Source: Candidatus Omnitrophota bacterium
Lineage (GTDB): Bacteria > Omnitrophota > Gorgyraeia > Duberdicusellales > 4484-171
Length of the DNA stretch: 64,000 bases
Assembly (NCBI GenBank): GCA_037146775.1
Contig: JBAWWL010000002.1
Coordinates: 134,554 to 198,553, forward strand
Direction: 5' to 3'
A program made the position numbers and the translations under genes. Under the pieces are notes generated by a model. It saw nothing but the letters and a program-made list of their open reading frames with translations, was not told where the DNA came from and ran no database searches. Below are positions 39,431 to 51,038 of the stretch, piece by piece. The stretch's first letter is position 1. Every line of letters starts with the position of its first letter.

Positions 39431-40153
39431 GTGCGAGTGATTCTTGTTTTGCAGCATGCAAAAGAAGAAGGTCCGGGGACTCTTGGCAGCTTTTTTCAAA
39501 AGAGCGGTTGGGAAGTAAGTACAATTCATCTTTACAAAGAAACAAGGCTGCCCGGTGATTTATCTGGAGTCCAAGCAGTTATGGTTATGGGTGGTCCGAT
39601 GAATGTCTACGAAGAAGACAGATTTCCATTTTTGAAAGAGGAAGATATTTTTTTGAAAAGAGCGATAAGCGAAGAAGTTCCCATTTTAGGGATATGCCTT
39701 GGAGCTCAGCTGTTAGCTAAAGCAGCTGGAGCAAAAGTAAAAAAAGCTCCGCACGCAGAAATAGGATGGGCAAAAGTAACATTAACTAAAGAGGGTAAGA
39801 ATGACCAGCTCTTTAAAGGTTTACCCGAAGAACTAGAGGTATTCCAGTGGCACGAGGATTCTTTTGAGCTTCCTGTGTCAGCTATCAAGCTTGCAGAACA
39901 TCCGGCCTGTCCTAACCAGGCATTTTGTTACCGAAAGAATTGTTATGGATTGCAGTTCCATATCGAAGTAGACGCAACCTTAATTACCGATTGGGTAAAA
40001 TCGTATCAGGGGAATGATGATTTAGATATAAAACTTAAAGCGCGCGACATGTTGCTTGATTATTATATACATAGAGAAAAATTTGATAGGCGCGCACGTA
40101 AGCTTTATTTAAACTTTTCAAAGCTTATAAGAACGTGTAGAATACCTGCGTAG
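39431..40153 (+). CDS. class I glutamine amidotransferase-like protein
   Basis: GATase1 nucleophile elbow GICLGAQLL and catalytic His/Glu region LQFHIEV. GTG start. Confidence 0.7.
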   Translation: MRVILVLQHAKEEGPGTLGSFFQKSGWEVSTIHLYKETRLPGDLSGVQAVMVMGGPMNVYEEDRFPFLKEEDIFLKRAISEEVPILGICLGAQLLAKAAGAKVKKAPHAEIGWAKVTLTKEGKNDQLFKGLPEELEVFQWHEDSFELPVSAIKLAEHPACPNQAFCYRKNCYGLQFHIEVDATLITDWVKSYQGNDDLDIKLKARDMLLDYYIHREKFDRRARKLYLNFSKLIRTCRIPA

Positions 40154-40200
40154 GTTTTTTTTGGCATATTCTGCACAAAATTTAGGCACAACGTGACAAG

Positions 40201-40443
40201 ATGCATATGAAAATATCCTCGGAGAAAATAAATTTAATCGATGATAGCTTTTTAAATATAACTCATGGGAAGATTTATGTCCAGGCTGTCTCACATGTAG
40301 AAAAAATTGTTATAGAGAAAGCGCTGGAAAGAACTTTTGGCAATCAGGTAAAAGCAGCGAAAATACTAGGCATCAATCGTAATACTTTGCGTTCCAAGAT
40401 ACATAAATTGAATATAGATGTACATAAATGGAAGGTTTATTAA
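40201..40443 (+). CDS. standalone Fis-type (HTH_8) DNA-binding protein resembling an NtrC C-terminal domain
   Basis: IEKALERTFGNQVKAAKILGINRNTLRSKIHKLNI is the canonical Fis/NtrC HTH. Confidence 0.55.
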   Translation: MHMKISSEKINLIDDSFLNITHGKIYVQAVSHVEKIVIEKALERTFGNQVKAAKILGINRNTLRSKIHKLNIDVHKWKVY

Positions 40444-40510
40444 AATGACAAATAACAAAATTCAAATGTCAAAACTATTTTGTCATTTGCGCTTTGTCAT
40501 TTGTCATTAC
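40444..40510. promoter_or_regulatory. array of five TTTGTCA(T)/ATGACAAA motifs immediately upstream of gltB
   Basis: aatgacaaata ... aatgtcaaaa ... ttttgtcattt ... ctttgtcattt ... tttgtcatt in both orientations. Confidence 0.45.
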
Positions 40511-40530
40511 ATTATATCTGCTCAACAGAC

Positions 40531-43500
40531 ATGAAATTTAATAATTTACCTAAACCTCAAGGTTTGTATGATCCGCGTTTCGAACATGATGCGTGCGGCG
40601 TAGGATTTGTTTGTAACATCAAGGGAAATAAGTCCAACGCTATCGTAAAACAGGGATTAGAGGTTCTGCGTCGTCTCTCTCATCGGGGAGCGGTAGGGTC
40701 TGATCCTAAAACCGGTGATGGCGCGGGAATTTTAATCCAAATACCGCACAAGTTTTTTAAGAAAGTAGCGCGAGATAGCAAGATTAATTTACCTGAGCCG
40801 GGACTGTATGGTACAGGATTGATATTTTTACCTCAAGATCGTCAGGAGCGCTTATTTTGTAAGGATACTTTTGAGAACATTGTAAGAGAGAACGGCCAGG
40901 GAATATTGGGCTGGCGTGCGGTGACGAGAGACAACTCTGTTATCGGGTTGAGTGCAAAAAGTACCGAACCGGTCTTTGAACAGGTTTTCATTGCCAGAGG
41001 CAAAAATGTCAAAGACGAGCTGGATTTTGAACGAAAACTTTATTGCTTAAGAAAACAAACCGAGAGCCTTATCCTTGCCTCTCATTTAAAGCAGAAGAGG
41101 TCGTTCTATATCACCAATATTTCTTGCCGCACTTTTACATACAAAGGGCTGCTTATGCCTAAGCAGCTGGAGGATTTTTTTCTCGACCTTAAAGATGAAT
41201 TGATAGAGAGCGCTTTGTGCCTGGTGCATTCGCGCTATTCAACCAACACTTTTCCTACCTGGGATTTAGCGCAGCCTTTTAGATTTTTAGCCCATAATGG
41301 TGAAATAAATACTCTGCGTGGCAATATAAATTGGATACGAGCGAGGGAACGATTGCTGGCGAGCGAATTCTTCGGTACCGATATAGAGAAACTCAAGCCG
41401 GTTATTGTCGAAGGAGGAAGCGATTCAGCTGCAATCGATAATGTTTTTGAGCTTTTAGTTTTATCGGGCAGGCCGTTAGAGCATGCAATGATGATGCTTA
41501 TTCCCGAAGCTTGGGAGCACAATAAATTTATCAATAAGGAACTAAAAGATTTTTACAAGTATCATGCTTGTTTCATGGAACCATGGGATGGCCCGGCAGC
41601 TATAGCTTTTACTGACGGAAAGAATATTGCTGCCGCATTAGATCGTAATGGCCTCAGGCCAGCTCGCTATGTTATAACCAAAAAAGATCTTGTTGTTATG
41701 GCTTCGGAGGCAGGAGTTTTGGATATAGATCCGGCGGATATCAAGTTTTGCGGAAGGCTTGAGCCGGGTAAGATATTTTTTATCGATACACATGCCGGTT
41801 GTATAGTGGAAGACTCTAAGGTGAAAAATAGAATTTCCGGGCGCTGCCCATATGGCAAATGGAACGCTGAATATATGGTTGATTTTTCTAAGTTAGCCGC
41901 GCATCGTAGCGATAAGGCGAAATGCGAAGATATCGTATTACAGCTTAAGGCTTTTGGTTATTCTCGGGAAGATCTTGCCATGATCATAAAACCTATGGCC
42001 CAAGAGGGTAAAGAGCCCATAGGTTCTATGGGCAACGATACGCCTTGCGCTTTTTTATCAAAGAATTCCCAGCTTTTTTATAACTATTTCAAGCAGCTCT
42101 TTGCGCAGGTAACCAATCCGGCCATAGACCCTATTAGGGAGAAAATTGTAATGAGTTTGGAAAGTTTTATCGGCCCGGAAGAAAATATTTTGGGTGAGAC
42201 CCCGAGACATAGTCATAAACTTAGGATAAAAAATCCGATTTTAACAGACGAACAACTCCAGAATTTGCGCGATATAAGCATAAATAGTTTTAAAACGAAA
42301 ACAATATATACTTTTTTTGACGCCAGCGCCGGATCCGATGGTTTCATGCGCACGCTGGAGAGGATTTGTTTCGAAGCAGAATATGCTATCGAACAAGGCT
42401 ATTCTTTTATATTATTGAGTGATCGAGGAGTTGACAAAGACAGGATTGCGCTCCCGGCGTTATTGGCCACAAGTAGTATCCATCAGTATTTGGTAAAAAA
42501 GACTATACGTTCGCAGGTTGCTCTTATCGTTGAAAGTGCAGAGCCACGCGAGGTGCATCATATGGCTCTATTGTTTGGTTTTGGCGCTGATTGCGTAAAC
42601 CCATACCTTGCCTATCAGGCAATAGAATATCTTATAAAAGAAAAAGAAATCAATCTAGTTTCTAAAGATGCGCTGGAGAATTATCATAAAGCGTTGACTG
42701 ACGGAATATTAAAAATATTATCAAAACTGGGGATATCCACATTAAGAAGTTACCGTGGAGCTCAAACCTTTGAGGCTTTAGGTTTAGAAGATGAATTTGT
42801 AGACAGATATTTTTCCGGTACGGTTTCTCGTGTTGGCGGTGTTGGCCTTGCGGGAATAGCGGAGGAAACTATCAAAAGGCACATGTCCGCTTACGATGAA
42901 AGGGGTCCGGCAAATGTATATTTAGCCAGTGGAGGCGTATATCAGTGGAAAAGGGATGGAGAATTCCATCTTTGGCAGCCGGAAAGCATAGCTGCCCTGC
43001 AGGATGCCGTACGAGATGATAACGTTGAGAGGTATAAAGAATTCGCCCGCCTTATTAATGATCAGTCAGTTAATCCTGTAACCTTAAGGAGTTTGCTGAA
43101 ATTTTCCGTAGGTGATGAATTACACACAAAAAAAGTTACACCTATTTTCGTGAACGAAGTTGAGCCGGTCGAGAGTATTATGAAACGTTTTGCGACTGGT
43201 GCGATGAGTTTCGGTTCGATTAGCGGACCGGCGCACGAGACAATTGCTATTGCTATGAATAGAATAGGCGGTAAATCGAATACCGGCGAGGGCGGAGAAG
43301 ATCCTGCGAGATTTACAAAATTACCCAATGGAGATTCTAAACGCAGTGCCATAAAACAAGTTGCATCCGGAAGGTTCGGCGTTACTACCAACTATCTTGT
43401 CAATGCGGATGAAATTCAGATAAAAATTGCACAAGGGGCTAAACCAGGCGAGGGTGGGCAATTACCGGGGCATAAAGTGAGTGAGGTAATTGCGCGTACT

Positions 43501-45087
43501 CGGTACACCACGCCTGGAGTTACGTTAATATCGCCGCCGCCGCATCATGATATATATTCTATTGAAGATCTTGCCCAGCTCATATTTGATTTAAAGAACA
43601 CTAATCCGCGCGCCCGCATAAGCGTAAAGCTTGTTTCGGAAGTTGGTGTTGGGACTGTTGCGGCCGGCGTTGCGAAGGGCCACGCTGATATGATCCTTAT
43701 ATCCGGTGGTGACGGAGGAACGGGGGCGTCGCCGTTAAGTTCAATACGATACGCCGGACTTCCTTGGGAATTGGGCCTTTCGGAGACTCACCAAACACTT
43801 TTACTTAATAATCTACGTTCAAGAGTGCGCCTGCAAACAGACGGCCAAATACGCACCGGCCGCGACGTTGCGATAGCAGCTTTGTTGGGTGCCGAAGAGT
43901 ATGGTTTTTCTACCGCAGTACTTGTCACGGTGGGTTGCGTGATGCTTAGGCACTGCCATCTTAACAATTGTTCAGTCGGTGTGGCTACTCAGGACGATAT
44001 TTTACAGAAGAGATTTAGAGGAAAACCCGAATATATAGTGAATTATTTTCGTTTTGTAGCGCAAGAGCTGCGTGAAATTATGGCAAGTCTTGGCTTTAAA
44101 ACTATCAACGAGATGATTGGCAGGGCAGATGTACTTGAGGTTAATAAAGATATTATTCCTTCCAAAGCAAAAAAAATAGATTATTCCAGGATTCTTTATC
44201 GGCCGGATTGCCCTAAAAATTACGGGCGTTATTACAAGGCGAAAAAAGAAAATACCTTAGGATTAATTTTAGACAAAAAACTTATAAAAATGTGCAAACG
44301 TCCATCCTTGCAGAAAAAACCAGTAAAGATCTCAGCTGAAATTAATAATACTAATAGAACTACCGGAGCTATGTTGAGTGGAGAATTGGTAAGGCGTTAC
44401 GGAGAAAATGGATTAAGCCATGATTCCATTGTTTGTAAATTCAGAGGCGTTGCGGGGCAGAGTTTTGGCGCATTTCTAGCCAAAGGTATTACGTTTGAAC
44501 TGGAAGGCATGGCAAACGATTATGTGGGTAAAGGAATTTCCGGAGGAAAAATTATTATTTATCCTGACAGAAGAGCGTCTTACCAGGCCGAAAACAATAT
44601 TATTATTGGCAATACTACGTTTTATGGCGCGATTTGTGGAGAGGCTTATATCAGAGGCATAGCGGGTGAGCGGTTTTGTATACGAAATTCCGGCCTTAAC
44701 GCGGTTGTGGAAGGATTGGGCGACCACGGCTGTGAATATATGACTGGCGGTTGTGTAGTAGTCCTTGGAAAAGCTGGACGTAATTTTGCCGCAGGCATGA
44801 GCGGCGGTGTCGCCTACATCTACGATGTGAGTGAAGATTTCAAGCAAAGATGTAATTTGGAAATGGTAGAAATAGAAAATCTTTCTGCGGACGATGAGGA
44901 GAAACTTTATGGCTTACTCTGCAACCATCTTACACATACTCAAAGTATAATCGCTAAAAACATTGTTAATAATTTCAAGAAAGAACTAAGGCAAGTTATA
45001 AAAGTTATGCCGACAGAATATAAACGTATCTTGTCAGGGAGAAAAATACAAAGAAAGCCGGAATTAGCGGAAGTGTCGGATGGATAA
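40531..45087 (+). CDS. gltB: glutamate synthase large subunit
   Basis: N-terminal amidotransferase Cys (EHDACGVGFV). FMN/4Fe-4S domains. C-terminal GXGXG barrel. The real start is MKFNNL (the ORF track begins 51 nt earlier). Confidence 0.95.
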   Translation: MKFNNLPKPQGLYDPRFEHDACGVGFVCNIKGNKSNAIVKQGLEVLRRLSHRGAVGSDPKTGDGAGILIQIPHKFFKKVARDSKINLPEPGLYGTGLIFLPQDRQERLFCKDTFENIVRENGQGILGWRAVTRDNSVIGLSAKSTEPVFEQVFIARGKNVKDELDFERKLYCLRKQTESLILASHLKQKRSFYITNISCRTFTYKGLLMPKQLEDFFLDLKDELIESALCLVHSRYSTNTFPTWDLAQPFRFLAHNGEINTLRGNINWIRARERLLASEFFGTDIEKLKPVIVEGGSDSAAIDNVFELLVLSGRPLEHAMMMLIPEAWEHNKFINKELKDFYKYHACFMEPWDGPAAIAFTDGKNIAAALDRNGLRPARYVITKKDLVVMASEAGVLDIDPADIKFCGRLEPGKIFFIDTHAGCIVEDSKVKNRISGRCPYGKWNAEYMVDFSKLAAHRSDKAKCEDIVLQLKAFGYSREDLAMIIKPMAQEGKEPIGSMGNDTPCAFLSKNSQLFYNYFKQLFAQVTNPAIDPIREKIVMSLESFIGPEENILGETPRHSHKLRIKNPILTDEQLQNLRDISINSFKTKTIYTFFDASAGSDGFMRTLERICFEAEYAIEQGYSFILLSDRGVDKDRIALPALLATSSIHQYLVKKTIRSQVALIVESAEPREVHHMALLFGFGADCVNPYLAYQAIEYLIKEKEINLVSKDALENYHKALTDGILKILSKLGISTLRSYRGAQTFEALGLEDEFVDRYFSGTVSRVGGVGLAGIAEETIKRHMSAYDERGPANVYLASGGVYQWKRDGEFHLWQPESIAALQDAVRDDNVERYKEFARLINDQSVNPVTLRSLLKFSVGDELHTKKVTPIFVNEVEPVESIMKRFATGAMSFGSISGPAHETIAIAMNRIGGKSNTGEGGEDPARFTKLPNGDSKRSAIKQVASGRFGVTTNYLVNADEIQIKIAQGAKPGEGGQLPGHKVSEVIARTRYTTPGVTLISPPPHHDIYSIEDLAQLIFDLKNTNPRARISVKLVSEVGVGTVAAGVAKGHADMILISGGDGGTGASPLSSIRYAGLPWELGLSETHQTLLLNNLRSRVRLQTDGQIRTGRDVAIAALLGAEEYGFSTAVLVTVGCVMLRHCHLNNCSVGVATQDDILQKRFRGKPEYIVNYFRFVAQELREIMASLGFKTINEMIGRADVLEVNKDIIPSKAKKIDYSRILYRPDCPKNYGRYYKAKKENTLGLILDKKLIKMCKRPSLQKKPVKISAEINNTNRTTGAMLSGELVRRYGENGLSHDSIVCKFRGVAGQSFGAFLAKGITFELEGMANDYVGKGISGGKIIIYPDRRASYQAENNIIIGNTTFYGAICGEAYIRGIAGERFCIRNSGLNAVVEGLGDHGCEYMTGGCVVVLGKAGRNFAAGMSGGVAYIYDVSEDFKQRCNLEMVEIENLSADDEEKLYGLLCNHLTHTQSIIAKNIVNNFKKELRQVIKVMPTEYKRILSGRKIQRKPELAEVSDG

Positions 45088-45093
45088 ATTTAA

Positions 45094-45234
45094 TTTAAAC
45101 TCTAAACCCGAAATCCTAAACTCTAAACATATCCTAAACCCAAATATTCCAAACTCAAAACAGCATCGTTTTTAATTTTGAGTTTTTCGTTTTGAGTTTA
45201 TTTAGGATTTAGAGTTTAGTGTTTAGGTTTTGAG
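45094..45234. repeat. approximately 140-bp palindromic CTAAAC/CTCAAAAC element (copy 2, between gltB and gltD)
   Basis: aaactctaaacccgaaatcctaaactctaaac...caaactcaaaac is mirrored by gttttgagttt..gatttagagtttagtgtttagg. Confidence 0.8.
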
Positions 45235-45240
45235 GTAAAT

Positions 45241-46707
45241 ATGGGTGATATAAAAGGTTTTCTAAAAATTAGGCGCCAAGAAACAAAATACAGGCCGGTT
45301 TGTTCTCGCAGTAAGGATTATCGCGAGGTTATATCCCTGCGTTCCGACGATGCTTCTAAAGAACAAGCATCGCGTTGTATGGATTGCGCAACGCCCTTTT
45401 GTCATTGGGGTTGTCCTGTGGGTAATTATATTCCTGAATGGAACGATGCCTTGTTTAAAGGCCAGTGGAAAAAAGCATTTAAGTTAATTGATATAACCAA
45501 CAATTTTCCTGAATTTACCGGCAGGCTTTGCCCGGCAACGTGTGAGCATGCGTGTGTACTGGGGATAAATGATGATCCGGTGACTATCAGAGAGAACGAA
45601 TTAGCCATTATCGAGTATGCATTTGAGGCCGGTTTTGTGAGAGCTAATCCGCCCAGGCTGCATACCGGCAAAAAGATCGCAGTTGTTGGTTCCGGTGCGG
45701 CAGGTTTGGCTGCCGCAAGCCAATTAAATAAAGCCGGGCATACCGTGACAGTTTTTGAACGGGATAACAAGATTGGCGGGATCCTTCGTTACGGTATCCC
45801 TGATTTTAAACTGGAAAAATGGGTCCTTGACAGGCGTTTAGCTATTTTAGAGAAAGAGGGGATAGAATTTATTACGGGTGTAAACGTCGGTATAGATTAT
45901 AAAACTTCAAAGTTAAACAAGGAATTTGATGCCGTCTGTCTAGCTTGTGGTTCGCGCACTCCGCGAGATCTCAGTATTGAAGGCAGGAATCTAAAAGGTG
46001 TCCACTTTGCCATGGATTATTTAATGCAATCAAATAAGCGTGTAGTAAAAGAAAAAATAGAGGCCAATACATATATTGATGCGAAAGATAAGCGTGTCGT
46101 GGTGATCGGAGGAGGAGACACCGGTGCCGATTGTGTGGGCACGGCGCATCGTCAGGGTGCGCGTTGTGTTGTGCAGATAGAAGTTATGCCGCAGCCGCCG
46201 CTTTGCCGTAGTAAAGATTATCCTTGGCCAAAATACCCGCTACTTTTAAAGACTTCTACCAGTCACGAAGAAGGAGGACAGCGTCAGTGGAGTATTCTTA
46301 CTAAAAGATTCATCGGGGAAAACGGTATTCTCAAAAAAATCTCCTGCGTCAAAGTTGAATTCGTCGTTGAGCATAGAACGTCGAATGTTGGACTCGCCAA
46401 AACTTGTCCGGTTATGAAAGAGATTCCGGGCAGCGATTTTGAGATTGATGCGGACCTGGTTATCTTGGCTGTTGGTTTTGTGGGCCCTGAGCGCGCAGGG
46501 TTGCTCACGGAGCTTGGTGTTGTGTATGATGCGCGCGGTAATGTAGAAACCAACGAAAACTATATGACTTCTGTTGATAAAGTATTTTCTGCCGGAGATA
46601 TGCACCGTGGCCAGTCTTTGCTTGTGTGGGCTATCGCAGAAGGCCGGCGTATGGCCTATTATGTTGACGTTTACCTTATGGGAGAAAGCAACTTACCGCT
46701 TATCTAG
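45241..46707 (+). CDS. gltD: glutamate synthase small subunit (NADPH-dependent)
   Basis: N-terminal Fe-S Cys cluster (CMDCATPFCHWGCPVGN). FAD/NAD Rossmann VVGSGAAGLAAA and VIGGGDTGADC. Confidence 0.9.
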   Translation: MGDIKGFLKIRRQETKYRPVCSRSKDYREVISLRSDDASKEQASRCMDCATPFCHWGCPVGNYIPEWNDALFKGQWKKAFKLIDITNNFPEFTGRLCPATCEHACVLGINDDPVTIRENELAIIEYAFEAGFVRANPPRLHTGKKIAVVGSGAAGLAAASQLNKAGHTVTVFERDNKIGGILRYGIPDFKLEKWVLDRRLAILEKEGIEFITGVNVGIDYKTSKLNKEFDAVCLACGSRTPRDLSIEGRNLKGVHFAMDYLMQSNKRVVKEKIEANTYIDAKDKRVVVIGGGDTGADCVGTAHRQGARCVVQIEVMPQPPLCRSKDYPWPKYPLLLKTSTSHEEGGQRQWSILTKRFIGENGILKKISCVKVEFVVEHRTSNVGLAKTCPVMKEIPGSDFEIDADLVILAVGFVGPERAGLLTELGVVYDARGNVETNENYMTSVDKVFSAGDMHRGQSLLVWAIAEGRRMAYYVDVYLMGESNLPLI

Positions 46708-46717
46708 AGAGGAGAAA

Positions 46718-49321
46718 ATGATAAGTACAGGAATTAAAGGTTTAGACGAAGTTATTACCGGCTTAAGGGCGGGAGATAACGTAGTATGGCAGATCGATGA
46801 TATAGAAGATTATGCCGATCTTGTAAAGCCTTTTGTGCAAAACGCTTTAAAGGAAAATAAAAAAGTTATCTATATCAGGTTTGCCTCGCATAAGGAATTG
46901 ATTGAGCCCTCTGTCGCAGTAAAGCGATATGTGCTTGATGCCAACGCCGGATTTGAAGCTTTCACGGCGGCAGTGAATACTATTATTACTGATTCCGGAG
47001 AGGGCGCTTACTATGTTTTTGATTGTTTATCGGAATTGTTATCGGCCTGGGCTACGGATCTTATGATTGGCAACTTTTTTATGGTTACCTGTCCGTACCT
47101 CTATGAGCTTAAAACTGTTACCTATTTTTCAATATTACGGAACAATCATTCTTTTAAGTCTATAGCCAGAATTCGCGAAACAACCCAGTTGCTTATCGAT
47201 GTGTATCGTTGTGAAGGCGGCTTTTACATACATCCCTTGAAGGTGTGGAACCGTTATTCGCCGACCATGTTTCTGCCTCACCAGAAAGAAAATGCTAAGT
47301 TTATTCCTATTACCGATAGCGTTAATACTACGAAACTACTTTCGTATATTTATGAGCGAGGAGCTGATGGGGTAAAAAGGAATCTTGACTATTGGGATCG
47401 TTTGTTTCTGGAAGCGGAGGAGCTCATAAAGATACCTGTTCCAGAACTACGCATAAAAGAGACGGTAAACAAACTTTCGCGTCTTATGATCACAAAGAAT
47501 GAAAGGATCTTGGTTTTGGCTGTAGATAACTTTTCTCTTCCTGAACTTATAGAGATAAAATCCAGGCTTATCGGTACAGGCTTTGTCGGCGGAAAAACAG
47601 TAGGTATGCTTTTGGCCAGAAAGATTCTCTCGCAAAATTTTCCTGATTGGCATAAATTTTCAGAAGCCCACGACTCATTCTATATTGGATCCGATATATT
47701 TTATTCCTATATAGTGCAAAACCGGTTATGGAAATTACGTATGCAGCAAAAGACAGATAAAGGATATTTTGAGTTCGCAAGCATTTTAAGGGAAAAGATG
47801 CTTTACGGGGTATTCGATGAAGAAATTATGGAGCACTTTCAGCAAATTATAGAGTATTTTGGTTCCTCGCCTATTATTATCCGTTCAAGCTCGCTGCTTG
47901 AGGATAGTTTTGGAAATGCATTTGCCGGAAAATATGAAAGTATATTTTTAGCTAACCAGGGAACTCCCGAGCAGAGATATATTCAGTTTGCCGAAGCGGT
48001 AAAGAAAATCTATGCCAGTACCATGGACGACGACGCTCTCGTTTATAGAAAACAGAGAGGTTTGGACAAGCTAGACGAGCAAATGGCGCTATTGGTGCAG
48101 CGAGTTTCGGGCGCCTATCATAAAAATTATTTTTTCCCGGATTTAGCCGGTGTAGGCGTATCACATAATACCTATGTGTGGAATGATACCATGGACCCAA
48201 AAGCAGGAATGCTTCGTTTGGTCTTTGGGTTGGGCACGAGAGCGGTTAACCGCGTTGAGGGCGATTATCCAAGGATGGTTGCTCTGGACAATCCTTTACG
48301 TAGGCCTTATGCGCAGAGTGATGATGTAAGAAAGTATTCACAGCACGAAGTCGATGTCATCGATATACAAGGAAATCAGTTCAACACTGTTCCTTTTGAA
48401 AAGATTGTGAGCGAAAAACTATATGCCGGCATCGGCCGGATAGCGGTTAAAGACGAGGAAGCCGTTTCCATGCTTAATGCATCGGCTATTGACGATAGCG
48501 CTTCTTGGGTATTAACCTTGGACAATCTTTTTAATGAAGATATATTGACGAGCACTTTCAGGAAAATATTTTTATTTCTTGAGGAAGCTTATCATTACCC
48601 TGTAGAAATAGAGTTTACCGTAAATTTTACAAAAAATAACAAATGTAAAATAAATATTCTGCAATGCCGGCCGCTGCAGACACGCGGCATGGGGCAGAGG
48701 GTAGAACTTCCGGATAATATCGATCATAAGGATATTCTTTTTGAGTCAAATGGATATTTTTTGGGTGGTAATGTTTCGCAGGAGCTGGCACGGATTATCT
48801 ATATTGATCCTCAGCGGTATAGCAAGCTTGTGTTGTCGGATAAGTATGAAATTGCCCGTATTGTGGGAAGGTTAAACATCGATATCAAAGATAGAGAGGT
48901 CTCTCCCGTTATACTTATGGGGCCAGGCAGATGGGGGACTACCACACCATCATTAGGAGTACCGGTGAAATTTGCCGAAATAAATAATATTACAGTACTT
49001 GTCGAAATTGCTTTTTCGGCAGGTAACCTAAGCCCTGAAGTTTCTTTTGGAACGCATTTCTTTCAAGATTTAGTAGAAACAAATATCTTTTATGTGGCAT
49101 TATTTCCCGAGAAAGAAGGTATTGTGTTTAACAGTGAATGGTTCACTCAGGCAAAAAATTTACTTCCGGGCCTATTGCCCGAGTCTTCGCGGTATAAAGA
49201 TGTTATCGGTGTCTATAATGCAAGCGATAGAAAAGTAAAGATAATGTCCGATGTGGTTTCTCAGAGGATTATATGTTTTTCCGGCCATAGGCAGGCGGTG
49301 AGACAAGAATCTAAAGCCTAA
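46718..49321 (+). CDS. fusion protein: degenerate KaiC/RecA-like N-domain plus PPDK_N (PEP/pyruvate-binding, ATP-grasp-like) domain plus unknown C-terminal domain
   Basis: MISTGIKGLDEVITGL resembles the KaiC N-terminus but lacks a Walker A motif. IGTGFVGGKTVGMLLARKIL ... NILQCRPLQ brackets a PPDK_N-like domain. The C-terminal roughly 200 aa are unassigned. Good RBS AGAGGAGAAAATG. Confidence 0.55.
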   Translation: MISTGIKGLDEVITGLRAGDNVVWQIDDIEDYADLVKPFVQNALKENKKVIYIRFASHKELIEPSVAVKRYVLDANAGFEAFTAAVNTIITDSGEGAYYVFDCLSELLSAWATDLMIGNFFMVTCPYLYELKTVTYFSILRNNHSFKSIARIRETTQLLIDVYRCEGGFYIHPLKVWNRYSPTMFLPHQKENAKFIPITDSVNTTKLLSYIYERGADGVKRNLDYWDRLFLEAEELIKIPVPELRIKETVNKLSRLMITKNERILVLAVDNFSLPELIEIKSRLIGTGFVGGKTVGMLLARKILSQNFPDWHKFSEAHDSFYIGSDIFYSYIVQNRLWKLRMQQKTDKGYFEFASILREKMLYGVFDEEIMEHFQQIIEYFGSSPIIIRSSSLLEDSFGNAFAGKYESIFLANQGTPEQRYIQFAEAVKKIYASTMDDDALVYRKQRGLDKLDEQMALLVQRVSGAYHKNYFFPDLAGVGVSHNTYVWNDTMDPKAGMLRLVFGLGTRAVNRVEGDYPRMVALDNPLRRPYAQSDDVRKYSQHEVDVIDIQGNQFNTVPFEKIVSEKLYAGIGRIAVKDEEAVSMLNASAIDDSASWVLTLDNLFNEDILTSTFRKIFLFLEEAYHYPVEIEFTVNFTKNNKCKINILQCRPLQTRGMGQRVELPDNIDHKDILFESNGYFLGGNVSQELARIIYIDPQRYSKLVLSDKYEIARIVGRLNIDIKDREVSPVILMGPGRWGTTTPSLGVPVKFAEINNITVLVEIAFSAGNLSPEVSFGTHFFQDLVETNIFYVALFPEKEGIVFNSEWFTQAKNLLPGLLPESSRYKDVIGVYNASDRKVKIMSDVVSQRIICFSGHRQAVRQESKA

Positions 49322-49387
49322 GAATTTGTTTTCAAGTCTTAAGGGGTAGGATAGCGACAGGTGACAAGAAACATGCGTTTGCGGTGA

Positions 49388-51025
<1,638 letters not shown>

Positions 51026-51038
51026 AAAGTTAAAGGTT

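Noticed and set aside
40480-40530. Upstream extension of gltB (MSFALCHLSLHYICSTD...) and similar extensions of the 46574 and 51015 ORFs
   Set aside because: Extensions overlap upstream genes or regulatory repeats and lack homology. Conserved N-termini (MKFNNL...CGVGF; MISTGIKGLDEV; [14 protein letters not shown]) with RBS sequences mark the real starts.
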